This document shows positions 44,292-61,685 of a stretch of DNA of 64,000 nucleotides, one piece after another. Below the pieces are notes generated by a model. That model saw nothing but the letters and a program-made list of their open reading frames with translations, made no database searches and had not been told where the DNA came from. Made by a program: the position numbers and the translations under genes. Position 1 is the first letter of the stretch. Each line of letters begins with the position of its first letter. Origin of the DNA: the human T2T-CHM13v2.0 reference genome, Homo sapiens; NCBI RefSeq assembly GCF_009914755.1, contig NC_060932.1, one strand, 5' to 3'.

Positions 44292-46454
44292 CTATCAGTA
44301 ACAGCCCGGAAAGACCTAGGCTATGGCACATGTTCAGTACCATCCTTCCCTCCATACCTGGTTATCAACACAAAATACAGATAACTTACTTGCATAAAGT
44401 ATGCCCACCTACATAGGTCTGTCTCTTTGTTCCTCAACGACATTCCAGTGAGAAAAATAAGACAGTTATTGTCCCTATTCCATAGGTGGAGGAAGAGACC
44501 ACAGAGGGGTTGAGCAGCTGGCCTGGGGTCACCCACAAAAGGTGAATGTCAGGGCTGGTGTTCTTTTCTTCCAGTTACACTTTATGGGCTCCTGTCCAGA
44601 CATAGGAGTACTTGTTAAACACTGCAAGTACTTAGACACCTACTTGAAGGGGTCAGCCTAAGAGACCCAGCTTTTCTCTTCTGAGTGCCCCCACCTCAGA
44701 GGCTTTCTTGTCTTAGGGCATCAGTACCAAGATCTGTCTGTATCAAGGTCCTCTGACCCAAGGAGGAAGGGAAAGGCAGAGAACTTGATCACAGAACAGA
44801 TTGGCAACCACCACATTTTCCTTCTTGGAAACATCTGGGTTTTCGTTTCCCTGCTGCTCAGTAGAAAACACCCAGCTATGTAAAACCTCCTAGTTAGAAG
44901 TCACCGCCAGCTCTGTGTAGGAGGTGAGATGTGAAATAGATGATTTCCATGTAATTTTCTATCATCCCAGGGCCTTCTTAGTAACTGTCTCCAATCCTGG
45001 TTATTCAATCCTGGTGCAGACAATGCCAATACAAAGATGTCATGTGACCCAGAAATCCGTGTGCAGCAAGAAACCTTGGTAGCCATAGAGTTTTTGTTGT
45101 TTTACTCCAGGGATTTAAAAATCCACTTAGTGATTAATGCCCATTCCAGGCTTATGTACAGCAAAACAATCTCTTGCAGTTGAAGTTGGCCTTTATATTC
45201 CCTTTAGAATGAAAGTATCAAACCATCCACTGATATACTTAAAAGCCTTAAGAGCATCTTCCATGTGTATAGAGTGTCCTTGTAGTTCCAAAGGTGGCTT
45301 TGCAGGGAGGCAGTAGCTCTGGCTTGGCAGTTCCAAAGATAGTTTTTCCTGGGCCTTCTCTCTTGAAATAGGAGCCATAGGTTTTATATATACTTAATAA
45401 AAATCAGAGAAAAGACAAGAGATTTCCAGTGTCCCCAAATCAGATGGAGGAGCCTGTAAACCATCCTTACTTACATGGCCAGCGTGGTGGCAGCCCAGGT
45501 GGTGAGAGGAACCATCTTCAGGGGGACAGACCTGGAGACTGAAAATGAAGGGAAAATGTGGAAAACTGGGATTTAACCAACTCGCCCTTGCATCTGCCAC
45601 AATGGGACATTGTTAGGCCTGGGCTTCATGAAACAATAGACTTCGATAGGACATAATACCCATTCAGAGGTCAGCTTTACATCCTAGCTCTTGGGCCACT
45701 GAGCTCCCTTTGAATTTGCAACTGCTGCACACAATGTGTGTGTTACAGATTATTTGGCCTAAGTCTCTTCCTGTTCTCCCTCCCCCATGACTTAACTTCT
45801 GCTCTACTCTTCCAGTAAGTCCAGGAGGGCTTTTCTCTCTGGAAATGTTGGGAATTTGCCACAGGGCTCTCCACTGCCGAAATCCACACCACTGCTTTTC
45901 CTGGCCATTTCAAAATGAGATGAGTACATCGTATGAATGGATTTTAAGCACACATTCGTTCAAATGTGTCTGTACCCCAAATTCTCCAAGAGTGTAATCC
46001 ATCCCTATGCTAAATCACTGGGTGTTTTAGGTGAAGAATCTACTATTTATTAATGAAGGACCACGCTCATTTTTTATAGTGGAATGCATTGTAAATACAA
46101 ACCATTGAAGCCTTCATAATTTTTTCAAAGATATAACCCACCAAAGAGAAAAGTGAAAAAGAATAAAAGCATGCTAATAAAAAGGCTTGTTGTAGCAAAA
46201 ACCTGAATAGAATATTAATATCCAGTGTTATACAACTTTTACAACGTGATCTATCCTAGAGCCATTTTGTAGTATAACATGAGAGCTGTGCTGGCAAAAA
46301 ATAAAGTCGCATAAAAAAGTAGAATATAAAACTATAAGAAACCATTTCTGCATATGGACAAATGATGCAAAGTAATAACTAAAAATAAAAATAGTTGTAA
46401 TGTTTGGGGGATTTGGGAGAGTATGGCTCTTTACAGTCTTTATTTTATTTCAAA

Positions 46455-46595
46455 TTTTTTTAAATTTTATTTTTATATAGAGACGGGATTTCACCATGTT
46501 GCCCAGGCTGGTCTCGAAGTCCTGAGCTCAAGTGATCCACCTGCCTCAGCCTCCCAAAGTGCTGGGACTACAGGCGTAAGCCTTCGTGTTCGGCC
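46455..46595 (-). mobile_element. FLAM-like Alu monomer
   Basis: Single antisense left arm. Confidence 0.8.
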
Positions 46596-46845
46596 TATTT
46601 TTTTATTTTTATGGGTACACAGTAGGTGTATATATTTATGGGGTATTTGAGATATTTTGATAGCCATGCAATGTGTAATTATAACATCAGAGTAAATGGG
46701 GTATCTATCCCTTACAGCATTTATCATTCTTTGTGTTATAAACATTCCAATTTTACTCTTTTACTTATTTTAAAATGTACAATACATTATTGTTGACTTT
46801 AGACACCTTTTGTGCTATAAAATACTAGATCTTATTTATTCTAAG
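46596..46845 (-). mobile_element. L1MA-like 3' end fragment
   Basis: tatgggtacacagtaggtgtatatatttatgggg; similar to 723-960 and 12001-12150. Confidence 0.8.
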
Positions 46846-46867
46846 TTTTTATTTTTCAAACTTTACA

Positions 46868-47287
<420 letters not shown>

Positions 47288-48130
47288 TTACAAGTTACAT
47301 TTGCCTGTGGTGTATTCTCAGCGATGGTCAGAACTGTGGGTTATGTTCTGGCTTTGAAGTAGTCTCAAGGATGCCTGGAGTGTGCAGTGAGGGGCCCTGG
47401 AACCAGGCTACCTTTTTTCCTTCCTGTGAAGTTGTTATAAAGTGGAAAGGAGAAAATTAACAGGAGTCAGTCCATCCCAGCTAATGCCTTACAAGCACAA
47501 CCTCCTATCCAAAGAGTGTTTGATACTCATTTCAGAGAAGGGGCAACTGGGATTCAGATGTTAATTAAAATGCCCAAGGTCACTCAGTGAGTCAATAGAT
47601 AGGATCTGAGTGTGAGCCCAGGGGTAGGATCCAGAGGCCTTATTCTTTCCCAGGACACCACTATACTGCTGAAAATGGTGTTTACTAAGAGCAGCCTTCC
47701 TATTTCCCAAATGGCATGTAACTTCACTAGACCACAGAGGACTCCTTTAACAGCACATTCCCCGGCCCCAGGGCTGTGCCAGCCTGAGTACTAATCAAGG
47801 GTGCTTGCTATTCTAAGAACTTCACATGCATCCTCCTTTAGTCTTCACAATTTAGCTGTCCTCATTTTAGAGTGGAAACTGAGAAGTTCCTTCTTTTTTC
47901 TTTTTTCTTCTCCCGGAAGTTTTCTTCCAGGAGAAGTTAGCAACTTGTGCTGAGTTATAGAGCTTATAAATGACAGAGCCAAGATTTGAATGTTTGAAAA
48001 CAGAATACCATAGGTGCTAAAAAAATACCTGTAAAATACATTTTCTGCAATCTATCTAAGGCAAATCTGATCTAAGGCAAATCAGAGGAGAAAGGTATAA
48101 TCAAGAAACATTAAAAATATATATACTTCC

Positions 48131-48415
48131 AGCCGGACGTGATGGCTCATGCCTGTAATCCCAACACTTTGGGAGGCCGAGGCAGGCGGATTACCTGAGG
48201 TCAGGAGTTCGAGACCAGCCTGGCCAACATGGCGAAACCCTATCTCTACTAAAAATTCAAAAATTAGCAGCGACTGGTGGCAGATGCCTGTAATCCCAGC
48301 TACTTGGGAGGCTGAGGCAGGGAGAATTGCTTGAACCCGGGAGGCAGAGGTTGCAGTGAGACGAGATTACGCCACTGCACTCCAGTCTGGGCAACAGAGG
48401 GAGACTGATCTCAAA
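48131..48415 (+). mobile_element. AluS-type SINE with a minimal tail
   Basis: TSD AAAATATATATACTTCC. Confidence 0.95.
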
Positions 48416-50523
48416 ATATATATACTTCCTTAGTTTTTTCAGTTCTGTTTCACCAAAGAAGGTGTTAAAGAGTGGATTGTCTGAGGGAAGTACCTGGAAC
48501 TTATCAGGGAAATAAGCTAATGGTGGCTTTCCTTGAGATTGAAGCTTACCTACTCTAGATTTGCCAGTGACCATTAGCAACGCAAGGTTAACCCTCCCTC
48601 AACTTTTCCCTGAGAAAAACGAATTCTCCTGTTTCCCCCTTCATGTAGCTGTTATTTAAAGTAGAATGCCTTGTTTTACTTTCAAATGAAAAGAACCGTA
48701 GTCTATGGCAGAGACATTTAAACTTTTGCATGTGACCCACAGTTGAAATCTGTCTTCTATATGACCCTTATAAACATAAACAAACACACAGTTGAAATCA
48801 CAGTTTCATAAGACACAATCTGTCTTTATCCAATCCAATATATTTTTATTTTATAGTAAAATAATTCTGTTTATAACTCTAAATTGATTGCAGGATCCAT
48901 GGATTGAAAACTCAAGTTAGGAACCTTAACTTCAGGTTCTCACAGACAAGTTTTAGAGCTGTGCCCCCAAACACACATCTCCAGAGCTATCCCCTCCACT
49001 TTCATATCTACTGGCTGTTTATTCATTGGTTAAGATGTGCTCAGCTCTGGAGCTGCTCTACCATAACTTATATCTTTGACAGCTTCACCAGGTTGGGTGA
49101 GAACTTTCTGCATTGCAGAGTGTGTGGCTCCTTTCTCTTCTCTCTCTATCAAACACTCAGTGAGACTAGCTGGCCTTTGAGCTTGTTGGATATAATAAGG
49201 TACAAGGATCCTGGTAGAACCCAGAGCAGTTTGAAGGCACAAGTCCTATGTTCAGGGAAATGGGGAAACAAAGAAACTGTGTGAGAACGTCAGCCCAGAC
49301 TTTTTATGAGCTAGGACACTCACCTGTCTCTGGCCTGCTACAAGGAAGAAGAGTGGAAACTCTCCTTGGATGGAAACAGGAAGCATTCATCCCATTGACT
49401 AGTGCTCTTGTGTCCCACAAGGGGATGGGTGCCTCTCAGCTGCCTTGTCTTTAGGGAGTACCTGCTTATGAGGGAAAGTTTCCTTCATTGTAGAGACACA
49501 CAGAACATTTGCTAAGTAATGAGTTGGTTTTTTGACCATGAGAATTTCCTGGTCCCAAACCTGGGTTATATATGAGAAAGCTGAAGTTCGGGGGTAAATT
49601 CTCTAAGGTCCGGTCTTGGTAGAACCATGGGTTCTTTCATTACCTGCACTCCCTATACTCCCTGGATTCTCTACTTCTCCTGATTCTACACATTATCCCC
49701 TTAAGAATGCAACATTTTCAATAATGGATCCCGCCGTATGTTAATACATAAGGTTATGTGGTTGTAGCTATTTTTGAGTAAGGAAGGAAAGAAGAAGTGT
49801 GCAATTTGGGTATGAGACACATACATGTTACATTGTCAAGTCATCTGCAAAATACAGGATGTGAAACTTTCCAACCTTCTACTTTCCAGGCAGAATTGAT
49901 CACTTTTAATTCTTTATTGTTACTGGGCAGAATATCCAGCTCCATGGCCCGCTGTTTGATTTTAAAATGGGTCCATAGAATGCGTACTTATTAGGGCAAG
50001 AAACAGAATATTTGGAATAAGCCATGTCCCAGAAAACTCGTTCATTCATTCATTCATCCATCGCACAAACATGCTTTGTGCACCTATTAAACATTACTAG
50101 TTATCAGGAAATGCAAATTAAAACCACAATGAAGTATACCTCATGCCCATTAAGAATGAAAATGCCAAATGTTGGCCAGGGTGTGGAATGACTGGATGTC
50201 TCAGACATTGCTGGTGGGAGTGTAAAATGGTACAGCCACTATGGAAAACTGTCCGGCAGCTCCTTATAAAGTTAAATGCGCATGCAAACTATGATCCAGC
50301 AATTCCCAAGAACTGTGAACACCTACGTCCACAAAATACACTTGTACAAGAATGTGCATAACAGCTTCATTCATTATAGCCCCAAGCTAGAGACAACCCA
50401 ATGGCCAGCAACAAGAGAATGGATAAACAAATGGTAGTTTAATCACACAATGATTCAACTAGACAACAATGAAAATGAATGAGCTACACCTATAAGCACA
50501 GCATGGACAAATATCTTAAATAT

Positions 50524-51351
<828 letters not shown>

Positions 51352-51751
51352 ACATTAAGTTAAGCTAAGAAACCAGATACAAAAACAATATATATGGCCT
51401 GATTTCATATATACAAAGGTCAAAAAGAGACAAAAACAAATCAGAAGTGATCAAAGTCAGCATAGTGGCAGCCTGGTGAGGGAAGCTGGATGAAAGGAGC
51501 CAGAGGGAACTTTCCTCACCGATGAGAAACATCCTATGTCTTGATTTGGGTGTTGGTTACACAGCGTGTACTCTTGCAAACCCCATCAGCCTGTACAGTT
51601 AAGATCTGTGCATTTTATTGTATGGAAAATTTACCTTAATAAAAGTAAATTGGGTCTTTGAGAACAAGCAGAGGTTTTGAGGTTCAGAAGAGGGAAAGAT
51701 AATTCAAGGTGGAAGGATCTACTGAACAAAGATTGGCAAATGTGTGTGCTG

Positions 51752-51870
51752 TTTTTTGTTTGTTGGTTGGTTTGTTTGTTTGTTTTGAGACTGAGTCTCG
51801 CTCTGTTGCCCAGGCTGGAGTGCAGTAGCGTGATCTTGGCTCTCTGCAGCCTCTGCCTCCTGGGTTCAAG
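51752..51870 (-). mobile_element. Alu right-arm fragment
   Basis: (TTTG)n tail plus ~85 bp of right arm. Confidence 0.85.
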
Positions 51871-51894
51871 AAAGACAAGCAAACAAACAAAACT

Positions 51895-52360
<466 letters not shown>

Positions 52361-52972
52361 GCCTGGGGTATAGAACAGCTGGGCCAATGATATTGTAACT
52401 ATTAGTTGCTGGATAATCACGATGCTGGCCCCATCAAAGGCAGCGTGTAGTGACTGGAAAGAGACGACTGCCTGGGGAGATGTTTCCAGGGTGGAGTTGA
52501 TAGGATTTGGGTGAGAGCTTTGAAGAAGGTGGAGTCATGGAGAATTCTAATTTGGGAAACTGGATGGATAATTAAAGCAGAATTAACCAAAATTAGAAGG
52601 AGAAATTGAACAAGGAGGGAGATTTGGGGGGAGACTAATAAGGTCAGATTTGGGTGTGTTAGGTTTGACGTGACTGTAGGACAATCATGTGGACATGCTC
52701 AAAGGCAGCTGGAGGTAGAACATGCTCAGGAACATGGGTCACACGGGGCCGGGTGAGAGCAGGCTGGAGATACTGATGTGAGAGTCAAAAGCATGTCAAG
52801 TGTAGGTGAAGCCAGAAATTGCAAACATATAAATACTGGGTTTAATTAAACCTAAAACATTTTATGTACTTTCTAAGAAGTAATAATGATGGAATATGAC
52901 ACACTATCACTTCCAAGACACGGAGACAATCATGCACAACCCAGCTTTATTCTTCTGTCTAGAGACACTCCT

Positions 52973-53270
52973 GGCCAGGTGCAGTGCCTCACACCTGCAA
53001 TCTCAGCACTTTGGGATGCTGAGGTGGGAGGATTGCTTGAGACCAGGAATTTGAGACCAGCCTGGGCAACATAGTGAGATCCTGTCTCTACAAAAAATTT
53101 TTAAAAAATTACCCAAGTGTGGTGGTGCACTCCTGTAGTTGCAGTTACTCTGGAGGCTGAGGTGGAAGGATTGCTTGAGCCCAGGAGGTGGAGGCTGCAG
53201 ACAGGTATGATGGCACCACCACACTCCATCCTGGGTGACAGAGTGAGACCCTGTCTCAAGAAAAAAAAAA
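52973..53270 (+). mobile_element. AluJ-type SINE
   Basis: TSD-like AGAGA(C/T)ACTC. Confidence 0.92.
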
Positions 53271-53728
53271 AGAGATACTCATTAAAAAAAAAGAGATAGA
53301 AAAAAACACAGCAGGCAAATCCATATAAAAATAAGGCAGATTTAGCAATATAAATATTAAACACATAGACTTTGTAGCCAAAAGTATAAAACAGATCAAA
53401 GATGGGCATTTCTTGTTTTCATCATCGTCATCGCTGTTGACATCATCATCCTAGATAATTTCTTTGAGAACGTATAATGTGTCAGAGGCTAGTCTCAGCT
53501 CCCTACACGTTATGACACTTGATCTCCCAACCACCCCAGAAGGTGACAGTCACCAGGATCTCCATTTTAGAGATGAAGCCACCGATGCCCAGTGAGTGGA
53601 AGGAGCTGCCACAGAGCCATGAGTGGCAGAGCCATATAGACGCAGGCATTGGCCCAGCTAGTGCTCTCATCCAGGGGCCATGGGCCTTCGACAATATGGA
53701 TCAGCGGGACTAGTGACCAAGAAAATAG

Positions 53729-54094
<366 letters not shown>

Positions 54095-54268
54095 TAAAAA
54101 GCAAAAATGGCTAAGAACGTGAAGAAAACGGACAAAGTTCTAATTATTTGGAGAGACCAACATATCTCTTAATAGGCAAATTAGTCAGATAAAAAAATTA
54201 AAACTGTGGAGAAGTGGAAAATTCTTCTTGACATGCTTGATATAACAGATGTACAGTATATGGAAGAC

Positions 54269-54575
<307 letters not shown>

Positions 54576-54707
54576 TGACCCCAAAGCAGAAACCATGCAG
54601 GTCACAATCAATCAATGGTGCAACAAAGTTAGAAATGAGCAATAAAAGCAAGTTAAGAGAAAAAAAGAAAAACCCAATCACTAGGACATTTAAAAAATAT
54701 ACTCTTA

Positions 54708-55030
54708 AGCCTGGGCACAGTAGCTCATGCCTGTAATTCCAGCACTTTGGGAGGCTGAGGCAGGTGGATCTCCCGAGGTCAGGAGTTCCAGACCAGCCTG
54801 GCCAACATGGTGAAACTCTGTCTCTATTAAAAATACAAAAATTAGCCGGGTGTGGTGGCACGTGCCTGTAGTCCTAGCTACTCGGTAGGCTGAGGCAGGA
54901 GAATCGCTTGCACCCGGGAGGCGGAGAATGCAGTGAGCTGAGACCGTACCACTGAAGTCCAGCTTGGGCAACAGAGTGAGACTCTGTCTCAAAAAAAAAA
55001 AAAAGAAAAGAAAAACAAACAAACAAACAA
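54708..55030 (+). mobile_element. AluS-type SINE
   Basis: TSD-like ATACTCTT. Confidence 0.95.
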
Positions 55031-55458
55031 AAATACTCTTGAATCACTCTTGAGTCAAAAAAGAAATTTTAAAATATAATTTAAACAATTTACAAATGAA
55101 TAATAAAGAGTGGTTTAATATTAAATTTCAACCAAAGCAGCTCCAGAGGAAATTGTTTTGGTTTCAAATTCAATTGGTGGAAAACAGTAAACATTTAAAA
55201 TGGGCAAACAATCTAGAAAAAGGACAACAAAATAAAACAAAGGACAGAGGAATGAGGAATTGCTATAGCTATAAGCGGAAATTAATGAATAGAGAAGAAA
55301 AAAGTAGATGATCAATACAAGTTCAAAAAGAATATAAATATTTGACAATTTTGATTAAGAAAAAAATGAGAGAAGACATTAGAGAACAGCAGTAGAAATA
55401 AGACAGGAAACACAAATACAGATAGTGAAGAAATTATAAAATTATTTAAAATACTAAG

Positions 55459-55635
55459 TGCAGTAGGTCAAAGAATATTCCCCCTCCCCAAATTTATGTC
55501 CACCTGGAAGCTATGCATGTCACCTTATTTTGGAAAGAGGATCTTTGCAGATGTTATCAAGATGAGGTCATACTAAATTAGAGTGGTCCTAAATCCACTG
55601 TGACTAGTGTCCCTAAAAGAAGAGAAAAATTTGGA

Positions 55636-55667
<32 letters not shown>

Positions 55668-55902
55668 CACCATGTGGAGACAGATACAGGGATGGAAGTA
55701 ATGTGACGAGTCTATAAAGCCAAGGAACACCAAGGATGCCGCCAAGCACTGGAAGCTACAGAGAAACATCGAGCAGATTGCTTTTCAGAGCCTCTAAGGG
55801 GCGCCTTGGTTTTGGACTTCTGGCCTCCAAAATTGTGAGAGAATGAATTTCTGTTGTTTTAAGCCACCCAGTTTGTTATGACAGCCCCAGGAAGCTAATA
55901 CA
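55459..55902 (+). mobile_element. MaLR LTR (MLT1C/D-like) with an internal (CA)n at 55637-55666
   Basis: ccttattttggaaagaggatctttgcagatg..ggacttctggcctcca..aagctaataca. Confidence 0.8.
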
Positions 55903-56210
55903 CTATGTAAAAATTTTATGCCAATAAATTTGAAAACATAGATGAAATGTGTGATCACCCAGGAAAATTAACTCATGGAAAGGTAAAAAGCTTGAAATGG
56001 TGATCAAGTATCAGCCCCACCAAAAGATTTAGCCTGCATAGTTTTATGGATAGAATCTAGCTAATCTGTAAAGGGTAGATGACCCCGATGTTATATATAA
56101 TATTTCAACGCATGGGAAAAAATGAGACGCTTTTAAATTGTTCCAACAAGGCTAACATATCCTGATATTAAAAGAAGGGAAGGAGAGCACACAAAAATAA
56201 AACTGCAGGA

Positions 56211-56513
56211 TTTTTTTTTTTTTTTTTGAGACAGAGTCTCCCTCTGTAGCCCAGGCTGGAGTGCAGTGGTACGATCTCGGCTCACTGCGACCTCCACCTC
56301 CCGGGTTCTGGTTCAAGCAAGTCTCCTGCCTGAGCCTCCTGAGTAGCTAGGATTACAGGCACGCACCACCATGCCCAGTTAATTTTTGTATTTTTAGTGG
56401 AGACGGGGTTTCACCATGTTGGCCAGGCTGGTCTTGAACTCCTGACCTCGTGATCCGCCTGCCTCGGCCTCCCAAAGTGTTGGGATTACAGGCGTGAACC
56501 AGCGCGCCCGGCC
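56211..56513 (-). mobile_element. AluS-type SINE
   Basis: TSD AACTGCAGGA. Confidence 0.95.
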
Positions 56514-57512
56514 AACTGCAGGAATATCTTATTTATAGGTGGTAAATTTCTAAGCAAAATACTAGTAAATCCAACCATGCGACGTTAATAAAATACACCG
56601 TATGGCCTGAGTGTGTGAGGCGAAGGAAACATGAAGAAATTTAGTCATGGAATTGAAGGGAAAAACAGCCATAATCATTTCAATAGGTTTTGCTTTAAAA
56701 GTGTTTGATAAAATTCAGCAAACAACAAAAAACAAAAAATAGTAATTTGGCAATACAGAAAAGCTGACTTACCCAGATAAGAGGCATCTATGACAGAATC
56801 GTTAAGGTGAAGATAGAGATAAGGAAAGAATGCCGCTCTTGCCGCCGTATTCAATATTTATTCTGGAGGTTCTGGTCAATACAAAGACATGAGATACAAG
56901 TTTTTGCAGACATCAACTGCAAGATGGTTAGAACTAATAAGAGTTCTGCACAATAAGTGGACTCAAGGCCAACATTATAGCTTTGTTATATAGCAGCAAT
57001 GACTGATTAGAAAATATTATTAAAAACTCCATTAATAATATCCACAGACTTGTAAAATACTAAAAAGAAAGCTAAAAAGTGCATAAGACTTATGTGAAGA
57101 ATGAACAAAATTTTATTGGCGGAAGGAAAAGGAGATTTAAATTTATATGAAGCGAAATACCATGATAGGTATTTAAATATATAATAGACATTAAATAGTG
57201 ATATTAAATAAATGGCAGATATTTAAGTATATGGAAAGAAATACCACCCAAGGTGGAAGCTATAACATATCTTTCACCACTGTCAACATATCTCTCTATG
57301 AAGAAAGAACACAGCATATTTGAAATTAGGCTATTTCTGGAAACAGTAGAAATTACCATTTATTAAATGCCAACTAGATGCCAAATGCTCTAAAATTTTA
57401 TTTCAATTAAACTCTCATAAGCCCCAATTTTCTCATCTGTGACATGGGATAAAAAGCCCATTCTGAAGAGCTGTGAGATTTAAAAGGGCAAACACATTAA
57501 AACAATAACTCT

Positions 57513-57835
<323 letters not shown>

Positions 57836-58267
57836 TTATACGGTGCCTTCCACCTAGTAAGAACTCAAGAAAATTACAGGAAAAAGAATGTGTTATTTAA
57901 CAAATATGTTCTTTCCTTTTTATAGTAACCTTGTCGAGGAGGAATTTGTATTGATGAGTACATTGAGGCAACAGTGAAGTTCATATTTGAAGAGTGTTTC
58001 ATCTGATTTTAAAACTTGATCATATCCTTCCATATTATACAGCTATTCAGGATGTGTGCTGATATAGTCATAGAGAGATCAAACCCAGAAGAGAGATCAA
58101 GGGTTGCAGAGGGAAGAAAATATTGTGTGAAGTCAAGCTCTGAGCATTGCAGTACCTTGCTCAGAAGTACCGGCTTGAGTCCTGAGCTCTTTCTCTGCCA
58201 TAGTCACTGGCGAAAGGTAACTGCTTTGTTGTGTAGATTTGGGCAGTCCTTGGCAAGCCTGGTAAGA

Positions 58268-58269
<2 letters not shown>

Positions 58270-58305
<36 letters not shown>
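58270..58305. repeat. (CA)n microsatellite
   Basis: About 18 CA units. Confidence 0.95.
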
Positions 58306-58310
<5 letters not shown>

Positions 58311-58902
58311 AAGCAGCCAAGGTGTCCTTCTGGAAAGCCGCGGTTTGGAGGCCTACATCAATTCAGTTCCTCCCTGAAGTCTTTTCCCCCAACAGGTGTG
58401 CCCACTGCTGAGTTAGTGCTGGTTGAAGTGCACTAAAGACCTGCTTGGGTCAGAGATCTGTTTCTGCACCCAGGGATTCTAATCCATAGGTTACCTTTTT
58501 TGCCCATTCTCAAATAGCTTTCCTTTATAACCCTATCACAGTTATTACTTTATAAGTTCTTGAGCAATTATTTACATTTTGCATCCATTCTCTCCTGTAT
58601 CCCAGGCTGGGGCAGGACCTTTGTGGGGTTTGCTCTCCATTACTTCTCGGTGTTGTGAAGGGACCTCAGACCATGTGGCCACACACAGCTCTTGGGTTCT
58701 TTGAGGCAGATGCTGGTACCACCCAGAAGTCTGAGGTGTGAGGGCTCCTGCCCCAGCCCCACTCCACTTCCAGATTGTGAGGGAAGGACCCTTAGCCAGA
58801 GTGTCTCCCATGTAGACGTTAAGCAAAGCAAGCTCCAGATCTCTGGCCTCAGCTGGCCTGAGAAGACTACTCAAGGGAGACAGCACATTCTGAGGATCTG
58901 CA

Positions 58903-59092
58903 TCAGGGAATGGCAGACTAAGCTGTGGGCCAAATTCTTATAAATGAAATGTTGGAACATTTGGGTGTTGCCTGTCACATCTTTCCTGACATACTGGCAG
59001 AGTTGGGTGGTTGCAATAGAGACTGTGTGGTCCACAAAGCCTAAAATATTTGCTTTCTGGCCTTTACTGCAAAAGTCAGCCAACCCCTGATC
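58903..59092. mobile_element. MER58A-like hAT relic
   Basis: cagggaatggcagact..gggccaaat..aagcctaaaatatttgctttctggccttta..gccaacccctg. Confidence 0.75.
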
Positions 59093-59200
59093 TAGAGCCT
59101 AACTTGGAATCTGCTTGTTGACATGAAGCATTCAGGAATCCATCTAAAGCAATGGGGAGGGGAGAACAGAGCAGAGAAGGAGCCTCAGGGGCCATTCTGA

Positions 59201-59789
<589 letters not shown>

Positions 59790-61390
59790 TAAGAGCTCAC
59801 TTTTAGGATTCATCATGATAATTAATAAGTTGCTGGTGTTGGCAATGAGTGTCCATTTTTGACACTCAGGCTGCAGAGGTGCAAATCTTTGGTGCTGACT
59901 GCGCTGTGCCTGACAGGAGGCTTATGATGCCGCCTGGGGCGCTGCGTGGATGTGCAGTGCCCAGTTGGTCTGGAGCAAGCACTCTGAATGACACATGGGT
60001 GGATGAAAGCTGACATGAACATTTGAGTACTGCTCTTGATAATGATGAGAACCATTGTTTCAAACTGGACATTGCCTACGGGTGCCCCAAAGTCCTGCTC
60101 TCCTAGAATTTCCACGCAGGGTCCCTGTTCCTCTCTTCTTCCCTTCCTGGCTTCCTTGATAGCTGGGCAGTGCTCAGATTTCCACCAGGGCTGTCTGGTG
60201 CTGGGTAGATGGAGTTCCATTTGGGTGAATGACTCTGGGGGAGGCCCTTGTTCTCCTGTTCAGATGCACCATTGAGCAGTTGCCAGAATTTGCACTCTGT
60301 TGACACTCAGGATGGGGCTGAATTGTTGCTGTCTCCTCTATTCCTTCCCCCTACATCTGGCCAGAGCCCAACTGTGGGGGTGGGAGAAGGAAGTGAGAAG
60401 AACTGGTGTGTGTTTTTTTACATTGGGGATGAGTATGGGAGCATGGATGGGTAAGTGGATTCATGGTTGGAGGAAGTGAAATAGGAACTACTTCGCCTTT
60501 CCCCCAGGCTGAAAAGGGCTTTGAAGATCAGGATGGAGGCACTCACTGGGCAGGATGGAGAGACATGGACCAGGAGGAACTAAGTGACATGCAGAGTCCT
60601 CCAGGGGCCAATCACACACGTCATAGAGGAAAGGCTTGAACAGACTTCATGTCCACATCCCTGTGACACGAATGTTGAGTATACTCGCCGGGATTGGCTG
60701 TCATTCAAAAAAGACCCAAGTAGAAGGTAGCTTCAACTGCAGGCCTTTAAATGAGGATGTTAGAAGTTAGAAGGGACTGGGGAAATACACTGGTCTGGCG
60801 GCAGGGAGAGGAAGATGGTCAAGGACACTATGTAAACAGGCCCACTGCTCTGAACATTCAGTCCTGATCTGCCCCACCCCTAGCTTTCCTGGCTGTGGTC
60901 TTGCGGGCTCTGGGGAGGCTCAGTGTCTTCAGTTACAGTCTTCCTCATGCGATGACCTCTAGGGCAAAACTCTGGTTCTCCCGGGGAGTCAGACTCACTG
61001 AGTTGGCATGGCCTTCGCTGTCCTGTCTTACTAAGCAGGACCCTGCGGCGACAGTGAAATAGACGATAGACACAACGCTCCAGGAAACCACAGGATTTTT
61101 TAAAAATTTAATTTTGATGTGAATTATCTTGAGATTTGCCTTGCTTTAATGCTTGACTCTTTGTAGGGTGCAGTAGTTCCTGAAGTTGCTTGTCCACACC
61201 ATCACAGGCCCCGGGCAATTTAAACTGATTGACCTCATTTTCTACCTCTCCATCTTCAGATAATTATCTCGAGTTTTTCCTCCCTTTGATTTAAGTTGAG
61301 AGAGGGCTGGGGAAGACAGAGAAATAGAAACAGGGAGAGAGAATGAATGTGTGATTGGATCTTTCCATATCTCTTTAAAATTGAGTTGAA

Positions 61391-61685
61391 TGCGCTGGTG
61401 GCTCACGCCTGTAATCCCAGCACTTTGGGAGGCCGAGGGGGGCGGATCACTTGAGATCAGGAGTTCGAGAATAGCCTGGCCAACATGGCGAAACCCCATC
61501 TCTACTAAAAATACAAAAATTAGCTGGATGTGATGGTGGGTGGCTGTAGTCCCAGCTGCTAGGGAGGCTGAGGCAGGAGAATTGCTTGAACCCAGGAGGC
61601 AGAGGTGGCAGTGAGCTGAGATCGTCCACTGCACTCCCATCTGGGTGACAGAGCAAGGCTCAGTGTAAGAAAAAAAGATAAATAA
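61391..61685 (+). mobile_element. Alu SINE, slightly 5' truncated
   Basis: TSD TTGAGTT(G/C)AATGC. Confidence 0.93.

Noticed and set aside
55791-55806. CTCF-like motif CCTCTAAGGGGCGC
   Set aside because: Mismatch at a core position, and it lies within an MLT1 LTR
57929-58006. Peptide PCRGGICIDEY.. resembling an EGF-repeat fragment
   Set aside because: Remaining EGF cysteines are absent and a stop follows shortly
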